DNA of 20,760 bases. It comes from Oculatellaceae cyanobacterium bins.114 (GTDB lineage: Bacteria > Cyanobacteriota > Cyanobacteriia > Elainellales > Elainellaceae). The notes beneath the pieces are model-generated. The model had not been told where the DNA came from and ran no database searches. It saw nothing but the letters and a program-made list of their open reading frames with translations. A program made the translations under genes and the position numbers. Location: contig JANRJA010000245.1 in assembly GCA_033764315.1 (NCBI GenBank), forward strand, positions 1-20,760, read 5' to 3'. Of this stretch, positions 17,063 through 20,760 are shown in pieces (the stretch's first letter is position 1; every line of letters starts with the position of its first letter).

Positions 17063-17090
17063 GGCGAGTGTCCTCAATATAAATTCAAGC

Positions 17091-17108
17091 TCTGTAACAA
17101 AAGTTAAC
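17091..17108 (-). promoter_or_regulatory. HLR1 (RpaB-binding)-like direct repeat overlapping a putative extended -10 of hli
   Basis: Minus strand GTTAACTT-TT-GTTACAGA versus consensus (G/T)TTACA(T/A)(T/A)-N2-(G/T)TTACA(T/A)(T/A). TG-T-TAACTT overlaps the first half-site. Confidence 0.6.
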
Positions 17109-17158
17109 ACAGCCCTGAGGGACTTGACAATATTCTCCTTGGGTGGGTTAACCGTACC

Positions 17159-18877
17159 TCAGATGGTGGGGGCTGCGGATTCAACTGTTACAGCAGTGTT
17201 GCCCATCACCTGGTTCATATGCTCAGCCAAGCGGACGGCAAGAGCAACCAGAGTCAGGGTGGGGTTAGCATATCCGCCTGTAGGAAAAACTGAGCTGCCT
17301 GTGATGTAGAGATTCGAGATGCCATGTACCTTGCCATTTGCATCGACAACCCCTTGTGTCGGGTCTGGGTGCATGCGAGTGGTGCCAATGTGGTGGTGTG
17401 TGCTTTGAAACCGAGGTACCTCTTTGCCATTGACTATATTCGTTGCCCCGTTAAGCTCATACATCGTCTGAAACTGACCGATGCCCGACTGGGCAAAGTC
17501 TTCTTTTAAGATGGCAGCAGTCCGACGTAGGCTTTGTAGATCGAGATCAGTCCATTGCCAATAAAACTCGATGCGACGACGACCAAATGGATCTTGCTCG
17601 TTACCCAACATGACCCGATTTGTTGGATCGGGGACTTGCTCGACCTGGGCAACTGCTTCTAAAAATCTAAATTGGTTGGAGCGATCGGGCAGGGTAGACC
17701 ATCCGCCCCGACTCGCTGTATAAAGATTGCCGAGTTTGCGTGCCCGACGATACGCATACAGAGCCGTATCGTCAAGATTAGTAAGGACTTTTTGAAGCTT
17801 TTTGATCGCCTCTTCGGGCAGTTTGCCTTGTTTGGCGGAGCGCACTAGAGTCATTAACGGTTTGGCGGCTAAGCCATACCCGATTGGTTTAGGAACCAGC
17901 ATAATGCTGCTGTTTAAGAGTTTTTCTTGACGCATCACCTCTGGGGCGATCGCCAACCGTCCTAAAATCGGAGTTTGTCTGACCCGTCGTAAATCATAGA
18001 GCGTGGCGATGTCAAAAATTTTGCGATTTGTGGGAATCAAGACTCCGATTCTAAAACCGGGGTGATCCATGAAATATCGCCCTACCAGGTCATGCTGATT
18101 CCCTAACCCGGTGGATTGAGTTTGATTGGATAGCAATAAAAGGCGAGCATTTTCAAAGCCACCTGTTGCCAGAATCACAATGCGAGCCGCAACCCAAAAC
18201 TCGCGGTTAGGGGCAGAGGCAACCCGCAAACGGCTGACCTGGGTAGCCGTTTCGTTGGTTTCAATATTCAGGACGTGGGCGTTGTAATAGCTGGTGATGT
18301 TGGGAACATTCTGCAAGGCTTGTCGGGGCACATGAGCAAACGCTGCACTAGGGCCGAACTGAAAAACCCCTGTGGTAATGCGATCGCCCATAGATAAGAC
18401 ACGAGCATCGTCTGTTTCCCAGGATGCCCCGTCATATTGGAAAGGCCCTGCCTGACAGTATTCTTGGGCACGCTCATAATAGGGCACCAAGTGGTTGTAA
18501 TCAAAGGGCCAACCACTGTAAGGTAACCACTCTCGTTTTTCAAAGTCGATTGGGTCTAAAGGAGCGTGACGAACGTGGCACTTTTCTTCGCCCCGTTGAA
18601 TTTTAATATCCCAGTAGTTGGATGACCCACCAAATTGGCGGCAGCGTCCACGGGTCAGTTCATCAGTGGGATAAAAATGAGGGGTTGTAATCTTTCCGGC
18701 TGATAGCGACTGGGTTGCCTCATCAAACTCTAATCCACCACTTTCAAGTAAACAGACACGGAAGTTTTTTCCGGCCAACTCGCGGGCAATGGTAGTCCCA
18801 GCAGGGCCAGTGCCAACAATACAAATCTCAGTTTCAATTGTTTCGTTGATGGGCAACGTGCGGGCGTCAATCAGCAT
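17159..18877 (-). CDS. GMC family FAD-dependent oxidoreductase
   Basis: ICIVGTGPAG Rossmann motif, GGSSNYW, LATGGFENARLLL, VGRYFMDHP, HHIGTTRM and SVFPTGGYANPTLT. Confidence 0.93.
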   Translation of the reverse strand: MLIDARTLPINETIETEICIVGTGPAGTTIARELAGKNFRVCLLESGGLEFDEATQSLSAGKITTPHFYPTDELTRGRCRQFGGSSNYWDIKIQRGEEKCHVRHAPLDPIDFEKREWLPYSGWPFDYNHLVPYYERAQEYCQAGPFQYDGASWETDDARVLSMGDRITTGVFQFGPSAAFAHVPRQALQNVPNITSYYNAHVLNIETNETATQVSRLRVASAPNREFWVAARIVILATGGFENARLLLLSNQTQSTGLGNQHDLVGRYFMDHPGFRIGVLIPTNRKIFDIATLYDLRRVRQTPILGRLAIAPEVMRQEKLLNSSIMLVPKPIGYGLAAKPLMTLVRSAKQGKLPEEAIKKLQKVLTNLDDTALYAYRRARKLGNLYTASRGGWSTLPDRSNQFRFLEAVAQVEQVPDPTNRVMLGNEQDPFGRRRIEFYWQWTDLDLQSLRRTAAILKEDFAQSGIGQFQTMYELNGATNIVNGKEVPRFQSTHHHIGTTRMHPDPTQGVVDANGKVHGISNLYITGSSVFPTGGYANPTLTLVALAVRLAEHMNQVMGNTAVTVESAAPTI

Positions 18878-19113
18878 TAGACAACACCTTATTAAGCGTC
18901 AGAATAGGGGCACAGAGACTGAAAATATGGCGATCGCCTACATGAGCTCTACGGTCATATGGAACGATCGTGTATCCACACTATATTGACCCCTAAGGAA
19001 GATGACTAGTGCTGCCTTTTGTCTTTATCCAATCTTGAAATCGTCAAGGTGTGCCGTTGTAGAAGGTGAAGTTTAAGTAAAATTCTGTGAGAACCCCATG
19101 CGCGACTTTGCCA

Positions 19114-19179
19114 AGATCCCCGGTTTCGGGTGATGGGAATCAGACCCCTTTCAGGATGCTGATGAGAAACCGGGGATCT
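19114..19179. repeat. Inverted-repeat element downstream of pepA
   Basis: Perfect 14-bp arms AGATCCCCGGTTTC (19114-19127) and GAAACCGGGGATCT (19166-19179) with a 38-nt spacer. Confidence 0.75.
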
Positions 19180-19190
19180 AGCCCTTTGCC

Positions 19191-20663
19191 CTAACCCAAC
19201 ACCCAGTTGACTAGAGTCCGCACACCAAACCCAGTGCCTCCAGCATTGTTATAGCCATTGTCTTTGTCAGTCCAAACAGGGCCAGCAATATCCAGATGTG
19301 CCCAGGGAGTTTCTTTGACAAATTGCTTAAGGAATAAACTGGCAGTGATGGCTCCACCGGGACGAGGCCCCGTATTTTTCATGTCTGCTACGACAGATTT
19401 CAGGCCATCAAAGTATTTCTCTTCCATCGGCATCTGCCAGAATTTTTCGCCTGACCGCTTAGCAGCCTCTAAAAACTCAGTGGCGATCGCCTCACTGGTG
19501 CTCCACAATCCGGCGATATCGTCACCCAGGGCAACGACACAAGCTCCGGTAAGGGTTGCCAGATCCACAATGGCATCCACGCCCAACTTTTCGGCAAAGA
19601 CCAAGGCATCCGCCAGGGTGAGCCGCCCTTCGGCATCGGTGTTGTTGATTTCGATGGTTTTGCCATTGGAAGCGGTGAGAATATCACCAGGATGCATGGC
19701 GCGACCACTGATCATGTTCTCTGTAACGGCACTGATAAAGTGAACTTCGACATCAGGCTTGAGAGACCCAACCGCCTTGGCAGCTCCTAAAGTAGCAGCG
19801 GCTCCCCCCATGTCAGTTTTCATCATTTCGATGCCACTGCCCGTGGGTTTGATATTCAAACCGCCGCTATCAAAGGTGAGTCCTTTGCCCACGATCGCCA
19901 GCTTACGACGGGGAGTGCCCTGAGGACGATAGGTGAGGTGAATGAATTTGGGAGGCAGTTCAGAGGCTTTTGCCACACCCAAAAAAGCCCCCATACCCAG
20001 TTTTTCGCACTCTGCTTGCTCTAAGATTTGCAACTCCAAGCCATATTCATGGGCGATCGCTTCAGCGGTTTCTGCCAGGGTGACAGGGGTGACGATGTTA
20101 GCAGGGGCGGCTACTAACTCTCGTGCCAAGATCACACCCAGAGCAATTTGGCGGGCTCGGTTGATAGCGGCGTCTTGACCCGCAAACCCTAGCAGTTCGA
20201 CGTGTTGAATCTCAAAGGTTTTGTCGTCGCTGTCAGATTTGAAACGGTGATCTTGGTGTAGCGTTAGTTCTAAGCCTTCGGCGATCGCTTGCACCGTTTG
20301 TGCTGGGTCTTCGTTCCATGTTGGAAAGCTAAACCCGACCGTTTTGCATTTCTCGCGTTTGGCCAATCGTATGGCTGCGGCTGTCGCTCGTCTCAGGGTT
20401 TCCAAGGTCAAAACCTCTGCTTTACCCAACCCCACAACCGCAATTTTACGAATGGGACTATTAGCACCTACCCTTGCTACAGCAGTACTTTCAGCTTTAC
20501 CCTTAAACTCAAACTCACTGATCAGTTCTTGCAGCGTGCCTGATAGGGTTTGATCTAACTCTGCTAAATCATCGGTTAACGCGATCGCGTCTTCAAACAA
20601 TCCAATGACTAAGCAATCTCCTGTCCAGTTGACCCGTGGTGTATCTGTGCCTCGAAAATCCAT
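19191..20663 (-). CDS. pepA: Leucyl aminopeptidase (M17)
   Basis: [33 protein letters not shown] and WAHLDIAG motifs. Confidence 0.97.
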   Translation of the reverse strand: MDFRGTDTPRVNWTGDCLVIGLFEDAIALTDDLAELDQTLSGTLQELISEFEFKGKAESTAVARVGANSPIRKIAVVGLGKAEVLTLETLRRATAAAIRLAKREKCKTVGFSFPTWNEDPAQTVQAIAEGLELTLHQDHRFKSDSDDKTFEIQHVELLGFAGQDAAINRARQIALGVILARELVAAPANIVTPVTLAETAEAIAHEYGLELQILEQAECEKLGMGAFLGVAKASELPPKFIHLTYRPQGTPRRKLAIVGKGLTFDSGGLNIKPTGSGIEMMKTDMGGAAATLGAAKAVGSLKPDVEVHFISAVTENMISGRAMHPGDILTASNGKTIEINNTDAEGRLTLADALVFAEKLGVDAIVDLATLTGACVVALGDDIAGLWSTSEAIATEFLEAAKRSGEKFWQMPMEEKYFDGLKSVVADMKNTGPRPGGAITASLFLKQFVKETPWAHLDIAGPVWTDKDNGYNNAGGTGFGVRTLVNWVLG

Positions 20664-20760
20664 GACTACAATTACCGAATATGTCCTTAATCCTGTATTT
20701 ACCCAGTATTGCTCAATTCTTTAACCCTTGGCTTAGCATTTACTAAGAGCCTATCCGAAA

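Larger units (their letters stand above)
1235..20588. repeat. Dispersed HIP1 octamers (GCGATCGC)
   Basis: Dozens of copies across the window, e.g. 1235-1242, 2315-2322, 5225-5232, 6574-6581 and 20581-20588; a cyanobacterial hallmark. Confidence 0.95.

Noticed and set aside
16831..17309. Plus-strand ORFs 16831-17034 and 17061-17309, and similar short overlapping ORFs within ndh, tolC, GMC and pepA
   Set aside because: They overlap well-supported genes or terminators on the opposite strand or frame and show no independent coding signal.
20699..20704. GGGTAA (minus strand) SigF-like -10 upstream of pepA
   Set aside because: A hexamer match alone is expected by chance; no supporting context.

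Overview
Cyanobacterial chromosomal window, judged from frequent HIP1 GCGATCGC octamers, an NDH-1 operon and an hli gene. Most of it is housekeeping or metabolic: cysteine desulfurase-like protein, GST, ferritin-like di-iron protein, deoxyhypusine-synthase-like homospermidine synthase (speY), ndhA-I-G-E plus NAD kinase, a sigma70-like protein, TolC, an alpha/beta hydrolase, an orphan type IV pilin, HLIP, a GMC oxidoreductase and pepA. A small AT-rich accessory islet (about 5.4-6.45 kb) holds a frameshifted VapC toxin, its probable antitoxin, and a 5'-truncated remnant of a TIR-associated protein that is absent from the ORF track. The strongest novel candidate is the ~500-nt structured leader of speY. 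It contains a 37-codon (TTG) or 26-codon (ATG) uORF ending SQWRVFPLTE, a possible polyamine- or arginine-sensing leader/arrest peptide. Also notable: a tandem duplication carrying an alternative version of the GST C-terminus, paired NdhR/CcmR-type boxes between ndhA and the sigma-like gene, clustered NtcA-type boxes upstream of the hydrolase, and an HLR1 site at the hli gene. All family assignments come from motif recognition only; no database search was run.
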